Below the pieces are notes generated by a model. It saw only the letters and a list, made by a program, of their open reading frames with translations, ran no database searches and was not told the DNA's origin. A stretch of DNA of 64,000 nt from Planctomycetota bacterium. GTDB lineage: Bacteria > Planctomycetota > UBA11346. A program made the position numbers and the translations under genes. Shown here piece after piece: positions 19,407-28,904 of the stretch. Every line of letters starts with the position of its first letter. Within the stretch, counting starts at the first letter, position 1. The DNA lies in assembly GCA_038213805.1 (NCBI GenBank), contig JBBQSO010000014.1, forward strand, positions 1 to 64,000. Direction: 5' to 3'.

Positions 19407-20344
19407 GCCACCACCTCGCTGAGCTGTTCCGGATGGACGTGCAGTTCCGTCGGGCAGGCCCAGGTCTCGATCTCCATCTCCAGCACCACACCGCGCTCAC
19501 GCCAGGCGCGACCGCGGATGAGCCGCACCAGCGCGGCGACGTCGGCGGCGCTGGCGTCGCGGCCCGGGTTGACGATGAAGTTGGCGTGCACCGCACTGAC
19601 CTCGGCGCCGCCGTGGCGCGCGCCCTTCAGGCCGAGCTCGTCGATCAGGCGGCCCGCGGGCAGGCCCGGCGCCGGATTCTTGAACACGCAGCCGGCGCTG
19701 GGTTGGGCGAGCGGCTGGCTGGTGGCCTTGGCCTTCTTCAGCGTCGCCGCCTGGGCACGCAGACGTTCGGGATCGCCTGCGGCCAACTCCATTTCGCAGC
19801 CCAGGAAGAGCGTGCCGGGCGGCAGCCCGCAGGAGCGGTAGGCGGCGGCGAGCGCCGCGCGCTCCAGCCAGCGCGGCGCGTCCTCGCCGGGCAGCACCAC
19901 TTCGACGCGCGTGACCCAGTCCATGGTCCAGCAGGTGCTGGTGCCGGCATTCATGCGCAGCGCGCCGCCCACCGTGGCCGGTACACCGGCGAGGCCCTCG
20001 GGGCCGGCCAGGCCGGCCTTGATGCAGGCGCTGATCAGTTCGGCGAGGTCGACGGCCGCACCGCACTGGACGGTGGCGCGGCCGGCGCGCAGTGGGCCGA
20101 GCACGCAGCTGGCGAAGGCGCCGCCTAGACGCACCACCGCCTCGGGCACGCCGTCGTCGCCGACCAGCAGGTTGGCGCCCTTGCCCAGCCAGCGGTGCGG
20201 CTGAGCGAGCAGCTCGGGCAGATCGGCGCGGTCGGCGAGCGTGACCAGGGTGGCGGGGCCACCGATGCGCATGGTCGTGCACTGCGCGAGCGCGGTGGTG
20301 GCGACCGGGTTGCGCGCGAGGAAGCCGGGAGTGAAGCGCATCAT
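19403..20344 (-). CDS. murB: UDP-N-acetylenolpyruvoylglucosamine reductase
   Basis: TTMRIGGPA, GKGANLLV.D.G, GVPATVGGALRMNAG, SAGCVFKNP, S..HANFIVN. Confidence 0.95.
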   Translation of the reverse strand: MMRFTPGFLARNPVATTALAQCTTMRIGGPATLVTLADRADLPELLAQPHRWLGKGANLLVGDDGVPEAVVRLGGAFASCVLGPLRAGRATVQCGAAVDLAELISACIKAGLAGPEGLAGVPATVGGALRMNAGTSTCWTMDWVTRVEVVLPGEDAPRWLERAALAAAYRSCGLPPGTLFLGCEMELAAGDPERLRAQAATLKKAKATSQPLAQPSAGCVFKNPAPGLPAGRLIDELGLKGARHGGAEVSAVHANFIVNPGRDASAADVAALVRLIRGRAWRERGVVLEMEIETWACPTELHVHPEQLSEVVA

Positions 20345-21813
20345 GCCCTCACCTGCTCGCGCTGCTGGGGCGGATACGCATCGGGCTGATGCGCGTCGCA
20401 CGGGTCGCCGGCGTGCGGGCCATGCTGATCATGGCCCGGCGCGAAAAAATCGAGGAGCGGCCCTGCAAGCTCTCCGACGTCGCCCGCGCCCAGCACCAGC
20501 ACGGTGTCACCTTCGCGCGCATGCGCGGCGACCGCGGCGATGGCCTGCTGGCCGTCGGCCGCAAAGGCGACGGTTTCGGCGGCGAAGCCGGCGCGGCGCG
20601 CCGCAATGGCCTCGGCCAGGGTGCGGCCGTCCACACCGGGGATGGGTGCCTCGCTGGCGGCGTAGATGGGAAGGATGGCGAGGGCATGCACCTGGTCGAA
20701 GGCGGCGGTGAAGTCGGCGAAGCAGGCGGCGGTGCGGGTGTAGCGGTGCGGCTGGAAGATGACGTGCACGCGACCGCCGCCCAGGCGCGCCGCGGCGATG
20801 GTGGCGCGCACCTCGGCGGGATGATGGCCGTAGTCCTCGACCACGCGGATGCCGCGCGGGCTGCCGTGCACGGTGAAGCGCCGGCGCACACGCTCACAGC
20901 GCGCCAGGGCGGACAGTGCGAGATCGGGCAGCACCTGGCGCGCCGCGGCGACCGCCATCAGCGCGTTGTGCAGCATGTGCGCGCCCGGCAGCGGCACGCT
21001 GATCCAGCCCAGGTCCTGGCCATGCGCGATGACGCGCGCGCGGCTGCCGTCGGCGCCCAGCTCGACCTCGGCGCTGTGATAATCGCCGGCGTCCAGCCCG
21101 CAGCGGATCACCGGGCAGGCGAGCCCGGCGGTGACGCGCTCCGCCAGGCCGGTGGTCGGCACGATCGCCGCGCCCTGCGCGGGGATGCGCCCGAGCCAGC
21201 CGCGGAAGGCGTCCTCAAGCGCGGCGAAGCTGCCGTAGTGGTCGAGGTGCTCGCGATCGAGGTTGGTGACGATCGCCACGCTCGGCTCGACCTGGGCGAA
21301 GCTGCCGTCGCTCTCGTCGGTCTCGGCCACGAACAGGTCGCTGCGCCCGGCGCGCGCGCCGCCGCCGCCCAGCGCGCCGACCGCGCCGCCGACCATCACC
21401 ACCGGGTCGAGGCCGGACTCGACCAGCAGATGGCCGAGCATCCAGGTGGTGGTGGTCTTGCCGTGGCTGCCGGCGACCGCCAAGGTGCGCGTCCCCGACA
21501 TCAGCTTGACCAGGCATTCGCCGCGCGTCAGCACCGCCAGTCCGAGCGCGCGCGCTGCGACCAGTTCCGGATGGTCGACAGGCACCGCGGCGGTGTGCAC
21601 GACGATGTCCACGCCCGCGAGATGGGCCGGCGAGTGGCCGAGGTGCACGGCGATGCCACGCCGCGCCAGGCCCGCGGTGACCGCGCCGGCCTGGCCGTCG
21701 CAGCCCGAGACCAGCGCACCGACCTGGATGAGCAGCGGCGCGAGGGCGCTGACGCCGGCCCCACCGATGCCGATGAGGTGGACGTGGCGGTCGCGGAAGA
21801 AGCTGGTGATCAT
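20341..21813 (-). CDS. murC: UDP-N-acetylmuramate--L-alanine ligase
   Basis: HLIGIGGAGVSALA, GSHGKTTTT, ETDESDGSF, TNLDREHLDHY, DYGHHP.E, FQPHRYTRT. Confidence 0.97.
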   Translation of the reverse strand: MITSFFRDRHVHLIGIGGAGVSALAPLLIQVGALVSGCDGQAGAVTAGLARRGIAVHLGHSPAHLAGVDIVVHTAAVPVDHPELVAARALGLAVLTRGECLVKLMSGTRTLAVAGSHGKTTTTWMLGHLLVESGLDPVVMVGGAVGALGGGGARAGRSDLFVAETDESDGSFAQVEPSVAIVTNLDREHLDHYGSFAALEDAFRGWLGRIPAQGAAIVPTTGLAERVTAGLACPVIRCGLDAGDYHSAEVELGADGSRARVIAHGQDLGWISVPLPGAHMLHNALMAVAAARQVLPDLALSALARCERVRRRFTVHGSPRGIRVVEDYGHHPAEVRATIAAARLGGGRVHVIFQPHRYTRTAACFADFTAAFDQVHALAILPIYAASEAPIPGVDGRTLAEAIAARRAGFAAETVAFAADGQQAIAAVAAHAREGDTVLVLGAGDVGELAGPLLDFFAPGHDQHGPHAGDPCDAHQPDAYPPQQREQVRA

Positions 21814-23060
21814 GGCGTGGCCGGGGCCGCGGACAGGGCGGAGAGTTCGGCGGACGCATCGGCTTCCACCGCCAGCGCGGACGCGACCCTGCCCGGGGCC
21901 GAGCGCGCAGAGAGCGTCAGCGACGGCAGCAGTTGGGCGACGTGCGCGGTGCGTCCGGCGCTGCGCTGCGCGACGCCCGCGGCGCGCCGACGCTGCGGGC
22001 CGAGGCCCTCGACCAGCGCTGCGACCTCGGCGGCGGCCGTCGGCCGTGCCAGGCGCAGCGCGGCCACGCCCATGCGCGCGACCAGGTCGCGGCGCGCGGC
22101 TAGGCGCGCGAGCAGCGCGGCCAGCTCCAGCGGGGTGGTCGTGCCCTGGGGCAGCACCAGCGCGCCGCCGACGCGCGCGACGGCGCGCGCGTTGGCGGTC
22201 TGGTGGTCTTCGGCCGCCCACGGCAGTGGCACGTAGAGCGCGCCGATGCCGGCCGCGCACAGTTCGGCGACGGTGGTGGCGCCGGCGCGGGTGATGGCGA
22301 GGTCGATGGTCGCGTAGAGGCCGGGCATGTCCTGGTAGAAGCCGTGCACCTCAGCGGCGACGCCGGCCGTGGCGTAGAGCGCGCGCACGCGCTCCTGGTC
22401 CTCGTCGCCGGCCAGGTGGACGACGCGCAGGCCGGGGATGGCGGCGAGTGTCGGCGCGGCCAGCGCGACCAGGTCGTTGAGGGTGCGCGCCGCCAGGCTG
22501 CCGCCGGCGACCAGCACGGTCAGGCCGGCGCCGCCGCCGCGCGGCAGCGGGGCGATGGCGCGCACCGGATTGCCGATTTGCACGACGCGCGCGCCCGGCA
22601 GCTCGCGGCGCGCCTCGGGGAACTGGGTGACGACGCGGTCGGCGAAGCGCGCTAGCAGGCGGTTGGTGCGGCCGGCGCGCGCGTTCTGTTCCATCACCAC
22701 CAGCGGCCGGCCGAGCAGCGGCGCGAGCAGCCCCGGCACCAGCGCGGCGTAGCCGCCGAGCGCCACCACCGCGGCGGGCGGCCGCCGGCGCAGCTCACGC
22801 AGGCACTGCCACGCCGCCCACGCGGAGGCGAGTAGCCAGCGCGGGCTGCTCAGACGCGGCCGCGACAAGCCCCAGGGCAGCAGCGCGATGCCCGCAGCGG
22901 GCACCAGCCGCGCCTCGATGCGCTGCGGATCGCCGATCCAGCGCAGCGTGCCCTGGCCACGAGCGCGCAGCGCGCTGGCCACGGCCAAGCCGGGCAGCAC
23001 GTGGCCGCCGGTGCCGCCACCGCAGAAGAGGATGCCGTCAGCTTTCGGCATGGGTTTCAC
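21810..23060 (-). CDS. murG: Lipid I N-acetylglucosaminyltransferase
   Basis: GGGTGGHV.P, GGYA, EQNA..GRTNR, GNPVR, GGSLAA, RAGATTVAE, HQTANA. Confidence 0.96.
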   Translation of the reverse strand: MKPMPKADGILFCGGGTGGHVLPGLAVASALRARGQGTLRWIGDPQRIEARLVPAAGIALLPWGLSRPRLSSPRWLLASAWAAWQCLRELRRRPPAAVVALGGYAALVPGLLAPLLGRPLVVMEQNARAGRTNRLLARFADRVVTQFPEARRELPGARVVQIGNPVRAIAPLPRGGGAGLTVLVAGGSLAARTLNDLVALAAPTLAAIPGLRVVHLAGDEDQERVRALYATAGVAAEVHGFYQDMPGLYATIDLAITRAGATTVAELCAAGIGALYVPLPWAAEDHQTANARAVARVGGALVLPQGTTTPLELAALLARLAARRDLVARMGVAALRLARPTAAAEVAALVEGLGPQRRRAAGVAQRSAGRTAHVAQLLPSLTLSARSAPGRVASALAVEADASAELSALSAAPATP

Positions 23061-23269
23061 GCATGGGGCACATCGCGCAGCTCACGGCGCGCGCCGCGCT
23101 GCATGACGCGCAGGCGGGTGACGACCGAACGCAGGCGCTCGCGCGTGCGCTCGGCGAGGTCGAGGCTCAGCACCACCCCTTCACCGGCCAGCAGCACGGG
23201 CAGCACCGCGCCGGCTGCAGTGGCGGAGGCGAGCGGATCGCGGCGGCGCACCGCGTGATTGAGCTTCAT
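23057..23269 (-). CDS. Small (70 aa) hypothetical protein between ftsW and murG
   Basis: ATG overlaps the ftsW stop (ATGA) and is preceded by GGAGGTG. Its stop overlaps the murG GTG (GTGA). Confidence 0.6.
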   Translation of the reverse strand: MKLNHAVRRRDPLASATAAGAVLPVLLAGEGVVLSLDLAERTRERLRSVVTRLRVMQRGARRELRDVPHA

Positions 23270-24459
23270 GAGGCACCTCCTTCGTTCCAACGCCAGGCCT
23301 TTTCGCTGCGCACCGCTGCGCCGATGCGCGTGGTGGTGAGATTGCGCTTCGCCGCCAGCACGTTCGCGGCGGCGACCGCGTCGAGCACGCCGATCAGGCA
23401 CAGGCACACCACCACGCTTGAGCCGCCATAGCTGATCAAGGGCAGGGTCAGGCCCTTGGTCGGCACCGCGCCGGTGACCACCAGCATGTTCCAGAACGCC
23501 TGGGTGCCGAGCACCACCGTCGCGCCGACCGCGAGCAGGCGCAGGTAGCGGTCCTTGGCCTGGGCGGCGATGAGCAGGCCGGTGACCACCAGCAGCAGGT
23601 AGACGCCGGCCACCGCCAAGCCGCCGACCAGACCGAGCTCTTCGCAGATCACCGCGAAGATGAAGTCGGTGTGCTTTTCGGGCAGGAACGAATACTTCGC
23701 GGTGCTCTGGCCGAGGCCGACGCCGAACAGCCCGCCGCTGCCGATGGCGATGAAGCTCTGGCGCAGATGGTAGGCGGCGGGGCCTTCGGCGTTCCACGGA
23801 TCGAGGAAGGCGAGCAGGCGGTCGCGGCGGTACGAGACCTGGATGACGGTGACATAGAGCAGCGCCGGCACGCACGGCACCGACACGCCGAGCAGATACC
23901 ACCACGGCGCGCCAGCGAACAGCAGCATCGCGCCCAGCACCACCGCCATCACCACCACCGAGCCGAGGTCCTTGGTCATGTACACCAGGCCGGCAACGAT
24001 GGCGAAGCCGGCGAGCGGCAGCAGCACGCCGTACCAGTTCGAGCGCACGCGCTCAGCGACGCGCGACAGGTGCCAAGCAGCGGCCACCACCAGCGCGAAC
24101 TTGGCGAGTTCGGCGGGCTGCAGGTTGATGGGACCGAGGTCGATCCAGCGCTTGGCGCCGTTGATCTCGCGGCCGATCGCCAGCACGCCGACCAGCGCGC
24201 CGAGCGCGCCAAGCACCACTATCGCGATCAGCCAGCCCGAACGCAGGCGCTCCGCGCCCAGGCTGCTGATGACCATGGCCAGCACCGCGCCCACCGCCAT
24301 GGCGAGCGCCTGCTTGACCAGGAAGGCGTAGGACACCGCGGCCTCGCGCCCGGCCGCGCCGATGCCCATGGTCGTGGTGCTGGCGATCATCACCAGGCCG
24401 AAGCAGGCGATCAGGGTGACCAGCAGCCAGAGTTGGAGACGCAGCCAGCGCGGGGTCAT
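23266..24459 (-). CDS. ftsW: SEDS peptidoglycan polymerase FtsW
   Basis: INGAKRWI.LG...LQPAELAK, DLGS, QSFIAIGSGG.FG.GLG, LPEKHTDFIF..I.EELG, PTKGLTLP.ISYGGSS. Confidence 0.96.
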   Translation of the reverse strand: MTPRWLRLQLWLLVTLIACFGLVMIASTTTMGIGAAGREAAVSYAFLVKQALAMAVGAVLAMVISSLGAERLRSGWLIAIVVLGALGALVGVLAIGREINGAKRWIDLGPINLQPAELAKFALVVAAAWHLSRVAERVRSNWYGVLLPLAGFAIVAGLVYMTKDLGSVVVMAVVLGAMLLFAGAPWWYLLGVSVPCVPALLYVTVIQVSYRRDRLLAFLDPWNAEGPAAYHLRQSFIAIGSGGLFGVGLGQSTAKYSFLPEKHTDFIFAVICEELGLVGGLAVAGVYLLLVVTGLLIAAQAKDRYLRLLAVGATVVLGTQAFWNMLVVTGAVPTKGLTLPLISYGGSSVVVCLCLIGVLDAVAAANVLAAKRNLTTTRIGAAVRSEKAWRWNEGGAS

Positions 24460-24629
24460 GGGCGGAAGTCCCGGGGACGCGAGGCGGAGGGCGGGTGGCG
24501 ATGAGCGGATGCCGCTAAGCGGTCCGCGCTGAGCGCCGCACACGTCGGCAAGCGCGAGGCGCGAGGAGCGAGGCGCGAGGCCGTGCGCACCAGGTGCATG
24601 CCGTGGAAGGGGCGGGCGGTGGTGCTCAT
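24456..24629 (-). CDS. 57-aa bridging ORF in the murD position, partly encoded by a repeat
   Basis: ATGA overlap with the mraY stop and ATGA overlap with the ftsW start. Contains GCGCGAG-type heptamers. Confidence 0.4.
   Translation of the reverse strand: MSTTARPFHGMHLVRTASRLAPRASRLPTCAALSADRLAASAHRHPPSASRPRDFRP
24552..24580. repeat. Degenerate heptamer tandem repeat (GCGCGAG/GAGCGAG x4)
   Basis: GCGCGAG GCGCGAG GAGCGAG GCGCGAG G. Near-identical to the reverse complement of the CTCGCGT array at 39591. Confidence 0.75.
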
Positions 24630-25843
24630 CTGACCTTCAACGTGGCGAGAGCGGCCAGGGCGCCGAGCGCCGCGACGATCCAGAAGCGCAGCACGATCTT
24701 CGACTCGGGCCAGCCCTTGTATTGAAAGTGGTGGTGGATGGGCGCGCACAGGAACACCCGCTTGCCGCCGCGCAGGCGGTAGCTGGCGACCTGGATGGCC
24801 ACCGAGGCGGCCTCGACCACGAACACCAGGCCGACCAGCAGGATGAGGAATTCCTGCTTGGTGTTGAGCGCGATCAGGCCGAACACCCCGCCCAGCGCCT
24901 GGCTGCCGGTATCGCCCATGAAGACCTCGGCGGGCGCCGAGTTGAACCACAGGAAGCCCAGGCACGCACCGGCGATGGCGGCGCAGTAGATGGCGACGTC
25001 CTGACCGCCGGAGATGTACAGCACCTTGAGGTAGTCGGCGCTGTCGACGCGGCTGGTCAGATAGGCGATGCCCATGAAGGCGAGCGCAGCGATCAGCATG
25101 GTGCCCGAGGCCAGGCCATCCATGCCGTCGGTGAAGTTCACGCCGTTGGCGCACGACACGCTGACGAAAACCACCCACAGCACCGAGCCCACGCCGAGGT
25201 TGACCGCCCACTCCACCGGCACGAACGGGAAGCTGAGCTGGTGCACGCCTAGGCGCACGGTGTAGCTGATGTCGTGGCCCTGCAGCTCGAAGTGCTTCTT
25301 GTACCAGTCGAGCGGGAAGCCCGCCGGGTGGTCGGCGCCGGTCAGCAGCAGGTCGGCGTTGTGCTGGTTGATGATGTAGAGCCCGATGCCGCACACCGCG
25401 GCGGCGAGCAGCTGGATGCCGAGCTTCACCGAGGACGGCGTGCCCTTGGCGCCCTTGAAGATCTTGGTGCGGTCGTCGAGGAAACCGACCAGCGCGAACG
25501 ACAGCAGCCCGAACTGCAGCAGCCAGCTGCGCAACTCGAGCGGATCGCACCACAGCAGGCCGGTCACCGCGATGCACGCCACCAACCCCAGCCCACCCAT
25601 GGTCGGCGTGCCCTTCTTGCCCTCGCGCATCGCGTCGACCACCACCGCGCCGTCGCCCTTCGCGCCGGACTCGCCGAACTTCTTGCGCTTCAGCCAGCGG
25701 ATCAGCGGCGGCATCGCCACCAGCATGAGGATGAACGCGGTCAGCGCCGCCAGCACCACGCGCGTGGTGACATAGTCGAGCAGGCGCAGCGGGCCCCAGT
25801 AGATGCCCCAGTCGGCGAGCAGGTTGTTGAGGCGGCTCATCAT
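24626..25843 (-). CDS. mraY: Phospho-N-acetylmuramoyl-pentapeptide transferase
   Basis: [50 protein letters not shown]...GW.E.KIV.RFW. Confidence 0.97.
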   Translation of the reverse strand: MMSRLNNLLADWGIYWGPLRLLDYVTTRVVLAALTAFILMLVAMPPLIRWLKRKKFGESGAKGDGAVVVDAMREGKKGTPTMGGLGLVACIAVTGLLWCDPLELRSWLLQFGLLSFALVGFLDDRTKIFKGAKGTPSSVKLGIQLLAAAVCGIGLYIINQHNADLLLTGADHPAGFPLDWYKKHFELQGHDISYTVRLGVHQLSFPFVPVEWAVNLGVGSVLWVVFVSVSCANGVNFTDGMDGLASGTMLIAALAFMGIAYLTSRVDSADYLKVLYISGGQDVAIYCAAIAGACLGFLWFNSAPAEVFMGDTGSQALGGVFGLIALNTKQEFLILLVGLVFVVEAASVAIQVASYRLRGGKRVFLCAPIHHHFQYKGWPESKIVLRFWIVAALGALAALATLKVR

Positions 25844-27297
25844 GGCGTGCAGACCCCGGCGTGGCGGCCGGTGGGGACGTCGACCAGGGCGCGCACCACG
25901 GTCTCAAGGCCGGCGGAGCGGCTGGCCTTGACCAGGATGGTGGTCGTGCCCGCCGCGAGGCGGCGCGCGATCAGCGGCAGCGCAGTCTCGCGATCAGCGG
26001 CGTGCTCGCCGTCGGGACCGCCGGCGGCGCGGTAGGCGTCGAGGATGGCGCGTGCGCGCTCCCCGACCGTGAGCAGGGGCAGGGCGAGGCGCGCGGCCTC
26101 CGCACCGACCTGGGCGTGGCCGGCGGCGCTGCCGTCGCCCAGTTCGCCCATGCCGCCCAGCACCGCCAGGCGGCGCCCGGCGTAGCCGGCCAGCACCTGC
26201 AGGCCGGCGGCCATGCTGCCGGGGTTGGCGTTGTAGCTGTCATCAAGGACCAGGTGCCCGCCACTGGCCGGGCGCGCGCGCAGGCGGCCCGAGACCGCAG
26301 TGATCGCACCCAGCGCGCGCAGCGCGGCATCGGCGGGCACGCCGGCCGCGACCGCGGTGCGCCAGGCGAGCGCCGCATTGGCGAGGTTGTGCGCGCCGAG
26401 CAGGGTGAGGTCGACGCTGCCGCTGGCGGTGCGCAGGGTGATGCCGGCGTCGCGCACGTCGCCCTCGACCGGCAACGCGCTGGAGCCGACCTCGAGCAGA
26501 TGCCGACCCGCGGCGCGCTCGCGTAGCGCGGCGAGCAGCACCGCGGCGTCCTGGCCGCCCGCGCGCGCCGCGGCCTCCAAGCCGTGCAGGCCGAGCAGCG
26601 CCGGCGCGCCAGCGGGCAACGCTGCGAACAGTTCGCCCTTGGCGCGCGCCACGCCAAGCAGTGAACCGAAGCCCTCAAGATGGGCTGGGCCGATGGCGGT
26701 GATGACGCCGAGCTGCGGCTGGGCGATGGCGGCGAGCGCGGCGATCTCGCCGGGGTGGTTGGCGCCCAGCTCGATGACCGCGTGCGCCACCCCAGGCGGC
26801 GTGTTCAGCACCGTCACCGGCACGCCCAGGTGGTTGTTGAGATTGCCGCGCGTCGCGTGCACCGCGCCGCCCGCGCCGCAGGCCAGCGCGATCAGCTCCT
26901 TGACGGTGGTCTTGCCGTTCGAGCCGGTGACGCCGATCCAGGTCGCGCCCTGGTAGCGGCGGCGGAACTCCATGGCCAGGGCGGCAAGCGCCAGGGTGAC
27001 GTCGGCGACCACCAGCACCGGCACCGGCACCGCCACCGGACGGGTGGCGAGGATCAACGCCGCGCCGTCCCCGACCGCGGTGGCGGCGAAGTCGTGGCCG
27101 TCGTGGCTGGCGCCGGGCAGGCAGGCGAAGAGGTTGCCGCGCCGCACCGCACGGCTGTCGATGCTCGCGCCGTGGACGACGACCTCGCGCGCCGCACCGT
27201 GCCACACCCCGCCGGTCAGGCGCACCGCAACCTGCTGATCGAGCAGGAACGGAGCCGGGCGGGGAACGCTGGCGACGGGCAGGCGCGCGGAGGTCAT
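25840..27297 (-). CDS. murF: UDP-MurNAc-tripeptide--D-Ala-D-Ala ligase
   Basis: IDSR, HDGHDF, GVTGSNGKTTVKE, NLNNHLGVP, ELGANHPGEI, DDSYNANP.SM, LVKASR. Confidence 0.97.
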   Translation of the reverse strand: MTSARLPVASVPRPAPFLLDQQVAVRLTGGVWHGAAREVVVHGASIDSRAVRRGNLFACLPGASHDGHDFAATAVGDGAALILATRPVAVPVPVLVVADVTLALAALAMEFRRRYQGATWIGVTGSNGKTTVKELIALACGAGGAVHATRGNLNNHLGVPVTVLNTPPGVAHAVIELGANHPGEIAALAAIAQPQLGVITAIGPAHLEGFGSLLGVARAKGELFAALPAGAPALLGLHGLEAAARAGGQDAAVLLAALRERAAGRHLLEVGSSALPVEGDVRDAGITLRTASGSVDLTLLGAHNLANAALAWRTAVAAGVPADAALRALGAITAVSGRLRARPASGGHLVLDDSYNANPGSMAAGLQVLAGYAGRRLAVLGGMGELGDGSAAGHAQVGAEAARLALPLLTVGERARAILDAYRAAGGPDGEHAADRETALPLIARRLAAGTTTILVKASRSAGLETVVRALVDVPTGRHAGVCTP

Positions 27298-28904
27298 GGG
27301 CGGGTTGGCTCCGCACCGGCCGCCGGGTCGCCGCTGGCAACGATGCCGCCCTCGAGTCCGGCCACGAAGGCGCGGTCGTCCCACGGCAGCACGCGGTCCT
27401 TGATGATCTGGCTGGTCTCGTGGCCCTTGCCCGCGACCACCACCACGCCCTCGGGCCCGGCCAAGGCGCGTGCCAGGCGGATGGCGCGCGCGCGGTCGAG
27501 CTCGACCACCAGCAGGCGGCCATCGGGCATGCGCTTGCCATCCATCATCACCACCGGCGTGGCGCCAGGGGTGCGCAGCGCGGCGGCCAGGACCTGCAGA
27601 TCGGCGCCGGCGCCACTCTCGGCCCAGAACACCTGGGTGCTCTGCGGCAGGCCGGCGATGACCTCCTCGGCGATGCTGCGCGGCTCCTCGCCGCGGCTGT
27701 TGTCGGTGGTCAGCACACCAAGGTCGGCCTCGAGCGCAGCGCAGCCCATCGGCCCGCGCTTGGTGCGGTCGCGGTCGCCGCCGCAGCCGTAGACGCACAC
27801 CAGGCGGCGCTGCGGAAACTCGCGGCGCACCGCGCGCAGCATCACCGCGATCTCCTCCGGAGTGTGCGCGTAGTCGACGAAGGTGTCGGGGCCGTGCGCA
27901 AGCAGCTCAAGGCGGCCGGGCACCGCCGGCAGCGTGGCGAGGCGCGCCAGTGCGGTCGCCAGCGGCACGCCGGTGGCGCTAGCCATCAGCGCGCCAGCCG
28001 CCGCGTTCCAGGCGTTGAAGTCGCCGGGCAGGCGCACCGGCAGCGGGTAGTCGATGCCGGCGAAACGCAGCCGCCAACCGCGTTCGGCCTTGACGATGCG
28101 CGCCTCGCCCTTGGCGAAGCCCAGGGTCAGCACGCGCGCGCCCGCGGTCTGCGCGGCGTGGGCGACGGTGTGCGCGTGCGCGTCCTCGGCGTTGACGATC
28201 GCCAGGCCGCCCGGTGCCAGCCAGCGGAAGATGCGCAGCTTGGCCTGCAGGTAGGCGCCAAGCGTGCGGTGGTAGTCGAGGTGGTCCCGGCCCAGGCCGG
28301 TGAAAGCGACCGCGGCGAAGCGCAGCCCGGCGAGGCGCTGCTGGTCGCCGGCGTGCGACGAAGCCTCGAGCGCCACGCCCGGGCAGTCGCCGGGCAGCCC
28401 GGCGAGGAAGCGGTGCAGCTCTTCGGGCGGCGGCGTGGTCTGCGCGTTGGGGCGCTCGGCGGTGCCGTCATGCCAGCCGATGGTGCCGACGCGCGCGGCG
28501 CGCGTCTCGGCCCCGCCCATCGCCCACCACGCGCAGTGGGTGGTGGTCGACTTGCCCGCGGTGCCGGTGACCGCGACCAGCGGCGGGTGCGCCAGATCCA
28601 GACCGTGCGCCGCGGCGCTGGCGCGCGCGAAGGCCCAACGCGGGTGCGCGCTGCGCAGGCCCGGCCCCTCGTCCTCGAGTTCGGCGACGATCACCGCGGC
28701 GCCGGCGGCGTGCGCCTCGGCGCGGTGCCGGGCGCGTTCCGCGGTGCGGCCGCTCGCCACGTAGGCCTCGCCGGGGCGCACCGTGCGGCTGTCGCGCGCG
28801 ATGCCGGCGAGCGCGGCCGGCAGCACGAGCGCGCCGCCGGCCGGCTGCGCGGTCAGCGCGGGCAGCAGGGCCTGACCAGCGAAGAGACGGGCGATGGGCA
28901 TCAT
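27294..28904 (-). CDS. murE: UDP-MurNAc-dipeptide--(meso-DAP) ligase
   Basis: VTGTAGKSTT, TTPP, LEASSH, RDHLDYH, PGRLE, VDYAHTP, GCGGDRDRTKR..MG, DNSR.E, AGKGHE. Confidence 0.93.
   Translation of the reverse strand: MMPIARLFAGQALLPALTAQPAGGALVLPAALAGIARDSRTVRPGEAYVASGRTAERARHRAEAHAAGAAVIVAELEDEGPGLRSAHPRWAFARASAAAHGLDLAHPPLVAVTGTAGKSTTTHCAWWAMGGAETRAARVGTIGWHDGTAERPNAQTTPPPEELHRFLAGLPGDCPGVALEASSHAGDQQRLAGLRFAAVAFTGLGRDHLDYHRTLGAYLQAKLRIFRWLAPGGLAIVNAEDAHAHTVAHAAQTAGARVLTLGFAKGEARIVKAERGWRLRFAGIDYPLPVRLPGDFNAWNAAAGALMASATGVPLATALARLATLPAVPGRLELLAHGPDTFVDYAHTPEEIAVMLRAVRREFPQRRLVCVYGCGGDRDRTKRGPMGCAALEADLGVLTTDNSRGEEPRSIAEEVIAGLPQSTQVFWAESGAGADLQVLAAALRTPGATPVVMMDGKRMPDGRLLVVELDRARAIRLARALAGPEGVVVVAGKGHETSQIIKDRVLPWDDRAFVAGLEGGIVASGDPAAGAEPTRP

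Noticed and set aside
22995..23025. GGGTGG motif as a possible FtsZ tubulin signature
   Set aside because: It is the N-terminal GGGTGGH motif of MurG, supported by all other MurG motifs.
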